NCBI GenBank assembly: GCA_020184695.1
Contig: JAANOX010000011.1
Coordinates: forward strand, 620,001-684,000
DNA from: Histomonas meleagridis 2922-C6/04-290x
Taxonomy: Eukaryota > Protista > Parabasalia
Length of the DNA: 64,000 bases
Direction: 5' to 3'
In this document: piece after piece, positions 22,642 through 33,850 of the stretch
Position numbering within the stretch: the stretch's first letter is position 1
Layout of the letters: each line of letters opens with the position of its first letter
The notes under the pieces: generated by a model
The model's input: only the letters and a program-made list of their open reading frames with translations
What the model was told of the DNA's origin: nothing
Database searches by the model: none
Position numbers and translations under genes: made by a program

Positions 22642-24244
22642 ATGTACAAACAGCAGGAGATTGGAGATTTCGTAATTACGAAAGTTCTAGGCAGTGGAAC
22701 AACTGGGAAAGTGAAACTTGCAGTAAAGAAAACAAATGGAACTCAAGTTGCCATAAAAATAATTAAGAAAAGTTCATTTGATTCAAAACCAAGTTTAGAG
22801 CAAAAAATCCATCGTGAAATTGCATTAATGCGATTACTTGTTCATCCCAGTTTATTAAACCTCATGGAAGTATGTGAAAGTAAGCGACATTTATATATGG
22901 TTCTTGAGTATGCAGAAAATGGAGAACTATTTGATTTCCTCATATCAAGGCGTCGTCTTGAACCTCAAGTTGCCATTAATTTCTTTCGCCAAATTATCTA
23001 CGGTCTTGAATATCTTCATTCTCATGCCATTTGTCATCGAGATCTTAAACCCGAAAACATCCTTCTTGATCGTTATTACAACATCAAGATAGCCGATTTT
23101 GGTTTTGCTCGATGGATGAAAAGCAACATTGCTGATACATCATGTGGCTCACCGCATTATGCTGCACCTGAAGTCATTCGTGGTGTTCAATATGATGGCC
23201 GCTGTGCTGATGTATGGAGCTGCGGTGTTATTTTATATGCACTTTTAGCAGTATGTATTTTTTTTAATTATATTTTTTTGAGTTAATCATTTTTTTACAT
23301 AAAAAAGTGATTAATTCAAAGAATATAATTAATATATTCTAAACATCTAACCCCAGGGAAGATTACCATTTGATGATCAATCAATTCGAGTCTTATTAAA
23401 CAAGGTCAAAAGCGGCAAATACATAATGCCGGACACCATTCCAGCCATATTCCAAGACCTAATACGTCGCATGTTAGTTGTCGATGTCAATTCGCGGATC
23501 ACGATTAGCGAGATCAAGCAACATCCAGCGTTCCACATTGGTCTAAAAGAAGGGTACATCATTCCCACTCCCTTAGCAATCCCATATCTGCCCGATCCGA
23601 TTGAACTTAATGAAGTCGATGAAGAGATCATTAACATTTTACTAAACATTGGTTATAAAAGTCGGGAAGAAATTGCCAGCGAACTTTCGTCACCGCAACA
23701 TTCGATGGCTAAGGTCTTCTTCTTGATGCATAAGCGGGGAATGAATCCCGAAGCATTGCCGTGGCCATCCGAGCAGTGCATTAACGAGTTCATCACTATG
23801 CCGAACGAAGCGTTCTATCAATCACCGCAAACGACGCAGGGATTCGATAGTTGGGCACGTCGAAGTCCATTAGACTCGATGTCGTCACCTGAAATGTTCT
23901 CGTTAGCGCAAAAGGCCGATTGGGGCAACGTCACAATACCCGAATTTAATAGTAATGATTCGGTGCAATTCGAAACTGACTTCCAAACGCCGGAAGATTT
24001 GTTTTTCGTGTTGCAAAATATTGTGCGACAAAGAGGATACGAAATATTGTATCCGAACCAAATACAAATGATAACGAGAAGAGTCGACTTAGGACTGTAC
24101 GTGATTTTCGAGGGAAGATTCACGGAGGGGAACATGGAGGCGTGCAAAATGATGCTCAACGTAAGCGCAGTCGGACAGTACGCAAACGAATACCAGGAAT
24201 TGTTGGCGGTAATCGGGAAATGCGTTGTCGGATTCCAAAATTGA
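22642..24244 (+). CDS. CAMK-group (BRSK/SAD-like) kinase, two exons: 22642-23250 and 23357-24244
   Basis: GSGTTGKV, HRDLKPEN, DFGFA, CGSPHYAAPE. Splicing joins ALLA|GRLPFDD in phase 0; UBA-like segment downstream. Confidence 0.92.
23251..23356 (+). other. Canonical spliceosomal intron (106 nt)
   Basis: 5' GTATGT, 3' TCTAACCCCAG (branch point fused to the 3' splice site, as in parabasalid introns). Removal restores kinase subdomain IX-X. Confidence 0.92.
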
Positions 24245-24603
24245 TATATTGTCAATAAATTCAAATATATCTGGAAAAAAAAATTTAATATCATTGGAAT
24301 TAACATTTTATTATCGAAATGATTATTAATCTTTTTGAAAATTTAAAAATAAATTTCATATTCATTTATATAAGAGAATGATTACTTATCTTTCAATATA
24401 ATATTTTTCATATTTGATAATCAAAAAAAAAATTGGTTTTAATTGTTTTTTCTTTATAGGTATTTCAAAATATTATTTTTCTATAATATTTATTTAAATA
24501 TATTCCATCAAAATAGTTTTTAGAGACATGATGTAGAAGACATCCCATTTAATACTGTTAATTTCTAAAGAAAATAAATTATTCTTTTATAAGCATAACT
24601 TAA

Positions 24604-26262
24604 ATTATTTATGAAATAAAAGGTAAGACAAATATTATAATTAATACAATAATATTTACATTATTTTTTTCACTTTCGATACAAACTTTTGACAATACAA
24701 CATCAACACTAACTATTAACAATCAACAAGAATTTTCATTTGAATATCATGATGTTACAAAACATGTTGTAATTACAAGTGAAATAACTCAAATTCCCAA
24801 AGAAGCATTCTATGAATGGCCTTTATTAAGTACTGTTGTGATTAATAAAACTGTCACTTCAATTGGAGATAAAGCGTTTGAATATTGCTATCGTTTAGAA
24901 AATATTTCATTCGGAGAAGGCATATTAACTATTGGAGATTATGCATTTGGATATTGCACAGCATTAAAAAATTTAACATTTAAATGTCCTCTTACAACAG
25001 TCGGACAAAATGTATTCTGTGTATGTACTAATCTTGAAACTGTATTTTTCTATGAGGGTGTTTGCTCAATTGGGTGTCTTATGTTTCGAAAATGCTATAA
25101 TCTTAAAAATGTAACAATTCCGAGTTCAATTTCATCAATATCGATAGGCAACCCATTTCTTCAATGTTTCAGTCTTCCATTCATAAAAATATCAAACAAA
25201 AACACTAATTATTCTAATAATGAAAACGATGGAGTTCTATATGATAAAGAAATTACAATACTACTATGTTATCCACCAGGAAATAAAACTGAAACATTTA
25301 AAATTCCAGACACAATAACTTCAATTGAGAATAATGCATTTAATTCATGCGCCAATTTAGCATCAATTTTATTTGGTTCGAAATTAAATATTATTAAATA
25401 TTTTGCATTCTACAGATGTGCATTTACAAATATAATAATTCCAGAATCTGTTACTGTTATTCAATCTGCAGTTTTTTACATATGTAGACAATTAGATACA
25501 ATTGTCATAGGAAAAAACGTGAAATATATTGGAGATAACACATTTTGGTTTTGTGCTTCATTAAAATGTGTATATTTTTATGGTGATACTTCTCCAGTGA
25601 TAGGTGACAATTGTTTTTTTGCTACTTTTATAACATGTGTTATGGTAAATCAATCATATAAAGATGAAAAATTCGGAGAATTAAATGTAACTAAAGGGAC
25701 CATTGCTGCATGTGAACCAATTTCAACCCAAACATTTGAACAATCAAACAAGTTTACAAAATCAAATACATTTACTTTATTAAAATCAAATACGATTTCA
25801 TATAATCCACTTTTAACTATTACTTTTACTTTAACAAATATTTTGACTTTCACAAATTCCCTTTCAATATATAACTCATTTACATCAAATTTATTTATTA
25901 TTTCGAATATCAGTTCATCATATACTTATTCTATTACTATATTTGTTCATTATGAATACACAAATATTATTTATTCAACATATTTTCAAATTTATAGTAA
26001 TTTCTTTACATTATTAAATATTAACATAAATAACAACCCAAATAAAATTTCAAGAAAAGTTATTGTCAGTATTATATGTTGTTCAATTGCAATTGTTCTT
26101 GTAGTAATAGGAACCATAATTTTTTTAATGAAAAGAATTAATATGAAATTATCAGAATCATCTCAAAATTCTTCGGTAGGTGAATCAAACTCAGGACATA
26201 TCGAAGTTTTTGGTAAAGAACTTAAAAATTATGAAAAAAATGAATATGATCAATGGATATAA
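24604..26262 (+). CDS. BspA-like (TpLRR) surface protein with C-terminal TM and short cytoplasmic tail; no ATG at the expected start
   Basis: Repeats of the type VTSIGDKAFEYC, ITSIENNAFNSC; S/T-rich stalk; TM IVSIICCSIAIVLVVIGTIIFL. The frame is open from 24604 through a signal-like IIFTLFFSLS; the ORF track starts at GTG 24838. Confidence 0.8.
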   Translation: MIYEIKGKTNIIINTIIFTLFFSLSIQTFDNTTSTLTINNQQEFSFEYHDVTKHVVITSEITQIPKEAFYEWPLLSTVVINKTVTSIGDKAFEYCYRLENISFGEGILTIGDYAFGYCTALKNLTFKCPLTTVGQNVFCVCTNLETVFFYEGVCSIGCLMFRKCYNLKNVTIPSSISSISIGNPFLQCFSLPFIKISNKNTNYSNNENDGVLYDKEITILLCYPPGNKTETFKIPDTITSIENNAFNSCANLASILFGSKLNIIKYFAFYRCAFTNIIIPESVTVIQSAVFYICRQLDTIVIGKNVKYIGDNTFWFCASLKCVYFYGDTSPVIGDNCFFATFITCVMVNQSYKDEKFGELNVTKGTIAACEPISTQTFEQSNKFTKSNTFTLLKSNTISYNPLLTITFTLTNILTFTNSLSIYNSFTSNLFIISNISSSYTYSITIFVHYEYTNIIYSTYFQIYSNFFTLLNININNNPNKISRKVIVSIICCSIAIVLVVIGTIIFLMKRINMKLSESSQNSSVGESNSGHIEVFGKELKNYEKNEYDQWI

Positions 26263-26348
26263 CTTTCGAAAGTTTTATTCAATTGAATGAATAAAAAAGT
26301 ATTAATTCATATTAGGAAAAAAAACTTGATATTTTTATGAAAATGTGT

Positions 26349-26422
26349 GCCATCGTAGCTCAATCGGCTAGAGCATAAGACTCTTAATCTTGGGGTTGCG
26401 GGTTCGAGTCCCGCCGGTGGCT
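26349..26422 (+). tRNA. trnK-CTT: tRNA-Lys (anticodon CTT)
   Basis: Acceptor GCCATCG/CGGTGGC, D arm GCTC/GAGC, anticodon arm TAAGA-CTCTTAA-TCTTG, T arm GCGGG-TTCGAGT-CCCGC, followed by a T-run Pol III terminator. Confidence 0.95.
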
Positions 26423-26833
26423 TTTTTGAGTTATTTTTTGAAAAAGTATTAAATAAATTTATAAATCCAACAATGTAAGACCTACAATTTTTCATTATTT
26501 CATGTAGCTCTATCACCTAAGATTTTTCTTTTGGATAATTATAATCTTGTTAATAATCTTTTTTTAAATTATCATAAGTCTAAAATAGAACTTGGTTTCT
26601 TTTGACCTAGCTAATAAAAGCATTAACAAGATTTCTATACCTCATATCATCTTGAATGTAGGCAGAAGATTTCAGTTTTTCACTGCATAATTTTATAAAC
26701 ATAAAATAACTTATTTTCAAATAGATATATATATCTATATATATACATTCATATCTTAAAATTATATATTTTGATGTTTACAAAGTTTATTGTTTAAAAG
26801 ATAAAATTTAGAGAATTTATTTTTTGTACGATA

Positions 26834-27401
26834 TTAACTAATAAAACACACTTCTTTATTCTTGTGTTTTCTTTGAGTATTTGAATCCTCTTATTTGTCA
26901 ATTGCTTCTGGATTTTGAAGTACAAGATTAACAATTGTTTCGAACATTTCTTTAATATTTATGTTATCTTTAGCTGATGTTTCTAAAAATTCCGCGCCAA
27001 GTCTTTTTGCAAGTTCTTCTCCTTCGGATTTACTTGCTCGTCTTTGATCTGAAAGGTCACGCTTATTGCCACAAATTAAAAGTGGTATATTGGTTGTTCC
27101 TTTTATTCTTTTTATTGTATTATAAAGTCTTCTACAAATTGAAAAGATAAATAATCAATTATAGAGTACATATTATGAATCCATTTGCTTTTTTTGCATG
27201 CCCTGGGATTAATGCTGAGTATTCATCTTGACCTGGAATTACAGAAATTTCGAATGGTATTTCTTTATTATTGATTTTAACTTTTAAAGAATAAGTATCA
27301 ACAAAATGATACTCAGACACATCATAAAACGTTCCATCAATAATTGTTTTTATGCTACTTTACCAAAGGACAGTTCCTGATGAAAGTATTTTTATCGGCA
27401 T
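26834..27401 (-). pseudogene. Divergent Ras/Rap/Rheb-like small GTPase, frameshifted
   Basis: Across frames: MPIKILSSGTVL-(GK)SSI, PGQDEYSAL, ICGNKRDL, FLETSAKDNINI, and a C-terminal CaaX (CFIS*). There is an in-frame TAA at 26891-26893 and at least two frame disruptions. Confidence 0.8.
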
Positions 27402-27567
27402 AAACTGGTTCAGGCTCTAACCGTCAAAAATAAGACCTGTGCGGAATTGTCGATTTATTTACCCAACTTTGGAATCTAAAAAAAAAAAAAATTTATCCTA
27501 TTATAGCAAAAATGGATAAATAAAGAATTTTTTTGAGATTGTTCGTTTCCAAAATTTTTATTAAAAT

Positions 27568-27906
27568 TTATTGTGGTGGTTGAACATTGATTTTCCAGTA
27601 TTGGAAGGATGGACATTCATATGGATGAGCCTTGATCATTGCGTTAATAGCATCCTTAAGGTTTGACTCGTAGATAATGCATTCGATTTTAGCTTCTTCG
27701 ACATGGTGAATAGCACCAATTCCACCGATGAATGGTTGGGAGCCAACTTGAGCGCGGAATTGACCAAGTCCATTTGTAGTCCACATGCATGAATCATATT
27801 TACCGATTTTACCAGCTCCAGCAGCAGCAAGAGCATCTTTGACTTGTTTGATGTGTGTTGTGGGAACATAAAGATCAAGTTTGTAGACGGCTTCTCCTTC
27901 TTGCAT
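27568..27906 (-). CDS. Stand-alone NIF3/YqfO PII-like domain protein (bacterial type)
   Basis: YKLDLYVP…VKDALAAAGAGKIGKYDSC…GQFR…PFIG…VEEAKIE…AHPYECP is the hallmark of the NIF3/YqfO insert domain. Confidence 0.85.
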   Translation of the reverse strand: MQEGEAVYKLDLYVPTTHIKQVKDALAAAGAGKIGKYDSCMWTTNGLGQFRAQVGSQPFIGGIGAIHHVEEAKIECIIYESNLKDAINAMIKAHPYECPSFQYWKINVQPPQ

Positions 27907-28530
27907 GAAAAGATGTGATTACCTTTTGGTCGGACAATTGAAAAAGATTGACCATGCATTTGAAATTTCTGTGGAAAAGGTAAAATTGAGTGTCTGTCAT
28001 TAAGTTTATGAATTTTATAACGATCAAGTTTAAAATGGAAATATCTTCTCGAGTTGAAGAAATTTAAAAATTATATAATACAAAAAATTGTAGTTATTAC
28101 AATTTTATTTATTTTTTTAAAAAAAAATATATAAAACTCAAAATAATAATATTTTTTTTTTAAAAAAATTAAATCAATTTCCAAAACAAAATGTCGAATA
28201 TTACTCACTGTTCAAAAATTTAATGAAGACGCTAAATAGATGTATTTTTAAATGTATCATACATACTTTCATTCAGTTTAATTTAAATGTCTCATATCAA
28301 GCAGCAATTCGTTGCTATATCACATGATCTATTCTATACTTATTTCCCTTTAGATTTTAAAAAAAGATCAAAAAATAATCATCTCATTTTTATAAAAATT
28401 AAGTGTTAACACTTACTTACATTCAAATCAATAGAGATAAGAAAATTTTTGGGGATGATCACTTGTAAAAAAATTTTTTTAAATGTTTTTTAAGTTGCTT
28501 CTCCATTTGGGAATTCATATCACATGTCAC

Positions 28531-29262
28531 ATGAGAAAAAACAAAAGAATCCAAAATCGCCCTGAATGGCAAGGGTTAGATGAAAAACCAGAACCAGAAT
28601 TTGAGTCTCCAGTATGGGCACAAGAAATTGTTCGAATGCCTAATGCAAAACCAAGGCCAAAATTATCTCAATATGTACATCCAGAAGATGACCCAGAATA
28701 TAAGGGCCCAAGAAGGAACCCCAATGACCCAAATGATCACCGCACTGTTTGGCAGTGTCCTTATTGTGCAGAATTTTGGTTAGCAGATTATCCAGGTCAA
28801 TGTCCAAAATGTCATACATATCTCATGCCAGCTCGTCCAACAAAAGATCTAATGGATCCTTGGATAGAAGCTATGAAGATGATAGATGAAGGCGTTGATC
28901 CACGAACAGGATTAATTGATCAGAAACTTGATAAAATGCTTGAAGAGCAACTTGAAAAAGCAGGACACACAACCAAAATAACAACTCCACCATCTCCAAA
29001 GAATCGTAAGAAGAGAATTATATGTGCAAAACCTGAACAAATTCCAAGTACGCACAGTCCAGATATCATCTACTTATCGCTTTACACATTTTCTATGCCA
29101 GAACTTGCTAAAAAGCACATCTGCTGTATTTGCAAATTGCCAATGCGACCTAACCAAAAAATCGTTAAGTTAAAGTGCCAACATCTTTTCCACTCAAATT
29201 GTATAACACGATATCTTTCCCAAAATGAAGAGTGTCCTAAATGCAAAGAAAAAATTCAATAA
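28531..29262 (+). CDS. RING-H2 finger protein with an additional CxxC…CxxC zinc ribbon
   Basis: CCIC…LKCQHLFHSNCI…CPKC plus CPYC…CPKC. Probable start is ATG 28531 after TCAC; the ORF track starts at 28483. Confidence 0.8.
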   Translation: MRKNKRIQNRPEWQGLDEKPEPEFESPVWAQEIVRMPNAKPRPKLSQYVHPEDDPEYKGPRRNPNDPNDHRTVWQCPYCAEFWLADYPGQCPKCHTYLMPARPTKDLMDPWIEAMKMIDEGVDPRTGLIDQKLDKMLEEQLEKAGHTTKITTPPSPKNRKKRIICAKPEQIPSTHSPDIIYLSLYTFSMPELAKKHICCICKLPMRPNQKIVKLKCQHLFHSNCITRYLSQNEECPKCKEKIQ

Positions 29263-29702
29263 AACATTGTATAATAGAGGAAAATGAAGTGACTTTTGAT
29301 TTCAATGAACGATAACGAATTTTCAGTGTAAAAATCGGTTAAAATATTTTGATCATGATTTTTGTATAATCAAAAAATTCAGCAAATGAAAGAAGAACTA
29401 AGTCAAATTATCATTGATGAAAGGCTAACTTATTTTGTTTGGATTGGTTATAGCCAGTACAACTTTTGGTATTTTACAATTCCATGATTCACATTAAATT
29501 GAATATTTTCCTCTATATGTAAAAAAGAGTTTTATAATGTAATTGTGAAAAACTAATAAATTAGAAAAATTCTTGAAATATTTTTTCCAATTTTGGAAGT
29601 CAATTTAATGAATTCTGAAAACCAAAATAAAGATATACATAGACTGTTTAGTTCCTTACTGCTAAGATGTGGTTTCCTTCTTCTTTAAAAGGCTCTTTGA
29701 AT

Positions 29703-29987
29703 TTATTCTGCTTTTTCCTTTTCCTCTTCCTTTGGCTTTTCTTCTTTCTTTTCCTCTTCCTTTTCTTTTCCATTGCGGATTTTGATGATTCCGTAAAGTG
29801 CAATGCAAATTGCGAAACAAAGGAAGATGTATGATATTCTTGAAGGTTTGCATTCATCGATTCCGTATTGTTGGATACAAATAGATCTTTTCCTTCTTGA
29901 AAAAGCATACAAAATTACCCATAACAAAGGAATCCCTATAGCAGCAAGAAATGCTGGGAATTCTTTCTTGTTTTTCTTTTCTTCCAT
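29703..29987 (-). CDS. Small two-TM membrane protein with a K/E-rich tail
   Basis: Two hydrophobic segments flanking a loop with two Cys; coding-like codon use. Confidence 0.55.
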   Translation of the reverse strand: MEEKKNKKEFPAFLAAIGIPLLWVILYAFSRRKRSICIQQYGIDECKPSRISYIFLCFAICIALYGIIKIRNGKEKEEEKKEEKPKEEEKEKAE

Positions 29988-30146
29988 TTGTCAAAAAGTG
30001 GCACTTTTGTATGAAAGCTCAAATTTTGGTCGAACGAAAGTCCGACTTCCAACACGACGGAAAATAATCAAATCCACAGCTAAAGAAGAAACAGCTATTG
30101 TATGCTTTATCATTTTTTATTATCTAGAAATGTTAGGGGTGAAACT

Positions 30147-30716
30147 CTAGTTGACATTTTCTAATAATTTTTGGAATTGATCTGGCTTGAAATCTATTTT
30201 GTCTGCAAGTTGTGGAAATATTATTCTTCCTGGTTTTAATGAAAGAGTTTGTTCATTCTCATTTTGGATTTCTCTGAAAATTAATTCTTGTTCAGGGTTA
30301 AACGAATTTAAAACGATCTGGTTACCTGCTTGAATAGCAGTGCCAGTATTAATAGCATGATACAAACTGATGACGTATCCAGAATGTCTATTAATCCAAG
30401 TCCATCTATTTTTTATTGCGTTAACTGACCTTCCTGAAAAATACTTTGAGATGGTGGACCATTTATGTCCATAAATATTTGACATTTTGACAAGCAACAA
30501 ATCTTCTTGGTAATTCCAATCATTTTTGTTGATACCAGGTGTGATTTGGTTAACCCACCTTTCTCTGCATTGCTTTCCATTTCGATTGGGAAGTTCTTCA
30601 GCTATTCGTTTCCAATTTGTTGGACCATGTTTTTGTACACTCCTTCTTAACATTTCATCCTCTTCCTCAGTCCACCTTACTTTTTGTGGCTCATGCGTTT
30701 TTTTGATCTGGAGCAT
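30147..30716 (-). CDS. R2R3 Myb transcription factor
   Basis: WTEEEDEML…W…RNGKQCRERW…W…EDLLL…GHKWSTI…GRSVNAIKNRW. First ATG is 30716. Confidence 0.93.
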   Translation of the reverse strand: MLQIKKTHEPQKVRWTEEEDEMLRRSVQKHGPTNWKRIAEELPNRNGKQCRERWVNQITPGINKNDWNYQEDLLLVKMSNIYGHKWSTISKYFSGRSVNAIKNRWTWINRHSGYVISLYHAINTGTAIQAGNQIVLNSFNPEQELIFREIQNENEQTLSLKPGRIIFPQLADKIDFKPDQFQKLLENVN

Positions 30717-31354
30717 AAGTGAGATTTTAGGAAACAATCGGATAAGAAGAAAGTGGGAACCGGCTCCTTCTGAAAAAGTCAGATTATTGTGTTAGGTAAA
30801 GATATTTTTTCAATACCCTTCAGTGAATACCTTCCAAACTGTTTCAATGCTCTTCACAGAATTTTTTTTTGGGAGGCATCGCTATGAACATATCCATGAA
30901 ACTTTCTGAACAACATTCATTCAAAGGACAAGGCAATTCAGAAACAAATTTTATTCCAAAAAAAAACGTTGAAATAAAGATTTCATTGTTCAAATTTTTC
31001 AATAAAGTGCAGATGTTAAAAAACGTTAATGAACACAACACTATTGAAAAAAACTTTTTGAATCAAAAGTAGGTTGAAACAATCGGAAAATTGTGTATGA
31101 AAAGAATTTTGGTAAGTGAAACCCAGCGTCATCCGGAACGTCTCACCTTGTCTGTCTTTTGCTCAAATACTTGATTTGTTACTCACATTATCCCTTATTT
31201 TAGCCACTGAACTCAATTTTGTTTTTAAGATGGGTTTCCTTTAATTAAATTTATTTGACTATTGTATATATACATAACTTTTTTCATGAAAAAACATAAG
31301 AGAAAAACAATATAAATTGCGGAACAAATGGTTAACTTTTTATTTAAATGTTTA

Positions 31355-31744
31355 TTAAATCATTGATAATTTTTCTGTATTTTCAGCCAATTGTCGATCG
31401 TACTCTTCAAAGCTATGTATTTCTGAATTGAGCCGTTCAAGATATTTTTGTTTTGATTCGATCTCACTTTGAAGATCGATCTTCTTTTGCTTTCGAGATT
31501 CAATTTCTTCGTTCACAAGGTTTCGTAATGCAATAGACAAGAGCTTTTGATCTTCTACTCTTTTGCTTTGCGTTTCCATAAAAGCCAAAAATTCTTTAAC
31601 TGAATTCATAAATTCATTTACTTCTCCTGGAAACTTATCGCAGACATCTTTAAGCTTAAGTGTTTCTTTGAATTGTTCAGGTTCAATTACTTTTAGCCTA
31701 TAATTATTTTCTTGATCAAAGAGAACTTTTTGTCCTGCATCCAT
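31355..31744 (-). CDS. IFT20: Intraflagellar transport protein 20
   Basis: LFDQENNYRLKVIEPE…VEDQKLLSIALRN… with a coiled-coil C-terminus and the correct length (129 aa). Confidence 0.85.
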   Translation of the reverse strand: MDAGQKVLFDQENNYRLKVIEPEQFKETLKLKDVCDKFPGEVNEFMNSVKEFLAFMETQSKRVEDQKLLSIALRNLVNEEIESRKQKKIDLQSEIESKQKYLERLNSEIHSFEEYDRQLAENTEKLSMI

Positions 31745-32033
31745 TTTTTCTAATTAACGAATTTTTTTCATGAATTAAACGGTCGTGAGCGGTTTATATC
31801 GTTCTATTAATTTACTAAAACATTTACTAAATTTACTATCGTTCTTTTTTCGTTTGTATTCTTCAAGGTAAATTCAACTTTATTTTTGATAATAATTAAG
31901 TTATAAATACTAACCAATAACCAATTTGGTTTTACATCAAATTTTTACTTTATTTTTAATGTTTTATAAAAAGAAAACGACAAAAATTTAATAAACAAAC
32001 TAATTCTTTATGATACAATACATGCTTTTTCAT

Positions 32034-32513
32034 TCAACATCACACTGTTTACTTTTCTGTATAATCAAATTAGCTGATTCTTCGGATGCCCAAACAAGTT
32101 CTGAAAAATAATAATTTAAATAATTTCCAATTTTTTTATGAAGTACAAAATTTTCAAAATAAATAAAATATAGAGCTAATAAATATCTTTAGCATAAATA
32201 TCTATTCTTTCATGTTCAAGAAGTAATTTAACTATTTATGTATAACCATTTTCGGATGCATGCATAAGGGCTGTTTCAAATTATTTGAATAATTTCCAAA
32301 CATTATCTTGAAATATAAAATTATCAAAATAAATTTTATTTTTAGCATTAACATCAATTTCTTTTTGTTCAAGAAGTAATTTAACTATTTCTGTATAAAT
32401 ATATTTAGATGCTATTATTAGTGTTGCCCAAAATAATTTTCAAAAGTTATTTTGAAACATCGAACTAATAAAATAAATCTCAAATAAAATAATTAAATAT
32501 TTTTAGTATTCAT
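32034..32513 (-). pseudogene. Decayed ankyrin-module/80-nt-spacer array fragment (same family as 51338-53716)
   Basis: Modules ATLIIASKYIYTEIVKLLLEQKEIDVNAKN (32427-32338), TALMHASENGYT*IVKLLLEHERIDIYAKD (32274-32185) and SELVWASEE… are separated by spacers of 71, 63 and 80 nt carrying the TTTGGAAATTATT motif or close variants. Confidence 0.85.
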
Positions 32514-32577
32514 ATTGTTGAACTCATTTTTATTTATATTTTTAATAAAGTCATACAAAAAAGAGAAAACTTTTAGA

Positions 32578-33850
32578 TCAAAATACAAATGAATTATCGA
32601 AAAACTTGAACCACTTTGTATTATATTTACTACTTTCACGAAAGATACCGTCCACTCTTATATCACCTGAGCATTTCATGTTACGCATTGCTTTATCATC
32701 TGCGAATTTCAACATGACTGGTCTTTTTTGCGCTTCCATTGATTTCTTCTGTTCCAAATCCAAAAGCAAAATGTTTTTCAACAAGTAATGCAAAGTTGGT
32801 GGGTATTTAAAGCCTTCTTTAAACTCGAGTTGATTTGATGTCATTGGGTTATGATATATATATATGTATATGTTATCAGTTTTATAATGTAATGAATATA
32901 TGTTTGGGATATCAGTAACACATATCATCCAATGATATCAATGACAATTGTCGGCATTTTTAATTCTTGAATCAATGTTTTGACAGGGTGAAAACCAATG
33001 AACAAATTTGATTTTCGTCGTATCATTTTGTAATAAATGATGTGACTTCTTTTAACATTTGTAATAAATCTTCAACACATCCATAGCATAAAAAGAAATA
33101 TACAAACGATGAAAACATAAAGCGATCGTTGTTTTGATATATGTTTTTGTTCGATTTAAAGATGTATAAAAGATTCATTTTGATTTGCATTTTCTCTTCA
33201 TCTGTTAACATCGTTTGACCATCAAATAAATATTTGATAAATACATCTAATGAAACTTTAGGTTGTTGTGATATATCATTTTTCCATGTGATCGCTAATG
33301 ATGTGATTAAACTTGTGAACCATTCTGACTTGTCATTAATATGTGAATCGAGTTTGATTGTTTGATATTGTTTCATATCCACTGTTGCCAGTACGAAAGA
33401 ATGACCTGTAAAGGATGTGTGAGATGTAAAATAAAAACGATACTTGAGGGCTTGGCGCAGAAAAAATTGATAATTTAAACTTTTTTGCTTCTGCAAAAGT
33501 AGTTTGATCAGAAAAGTCTACTGTTAAATGATAACGGATCTTCCAATGACTAACATCGGGAATATCAGGAAAGGATTATAGCATTTCTTCAATAGTGTTT
33601 GGATGAATACCAAATCCTTGATCTCGAAAATTTGTGTTGATTGAATTTGCTTTTAAATGAAGAATCACTGCTAGAACACGCGAGTTACTAATAAAACGAT
33701 TCCCATCTGGCATCCATGATCCTCCTGTTTGATTTACATATTCAGGAAAGCGCTTTAAAGCTGAAAAATGGAAACAATAAAAACAAAAATTTACGCCTAC
33801 GTTAATTTATATTCGATAATGTTCTGATAGGATCCAGCTCAATATCCAAT
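32578..33850 (-). pseudogene. Initiator-binding-domain (IBP39/IBD-like) gene, disrupted
   Basis: KRFPEYVNQTGGSWMPDGNRFISNSRVLAVILHLKANSINTNFRDQGF matches the parabasalid IBD family. In-frame TAA at 33576-33578, frameshifts, and ORF fragments 33023-33496 and 32578-32928. Confidence 0.6.

Noticed and set aside
26422-26427. tRNA-Lys discriminator base is T and merges directly into the terminator T-run
   Set aside because: Compatible with normal Pol III termination and 3' processing; no evidence for editing from sequence alone.
31117-31238. 8-bp inverted repeat GAAACCCA/TGGGTTTC enclosing ~105 nt
   Set aside because: Too short to exceed chance, and no recognisable RNA family motif.
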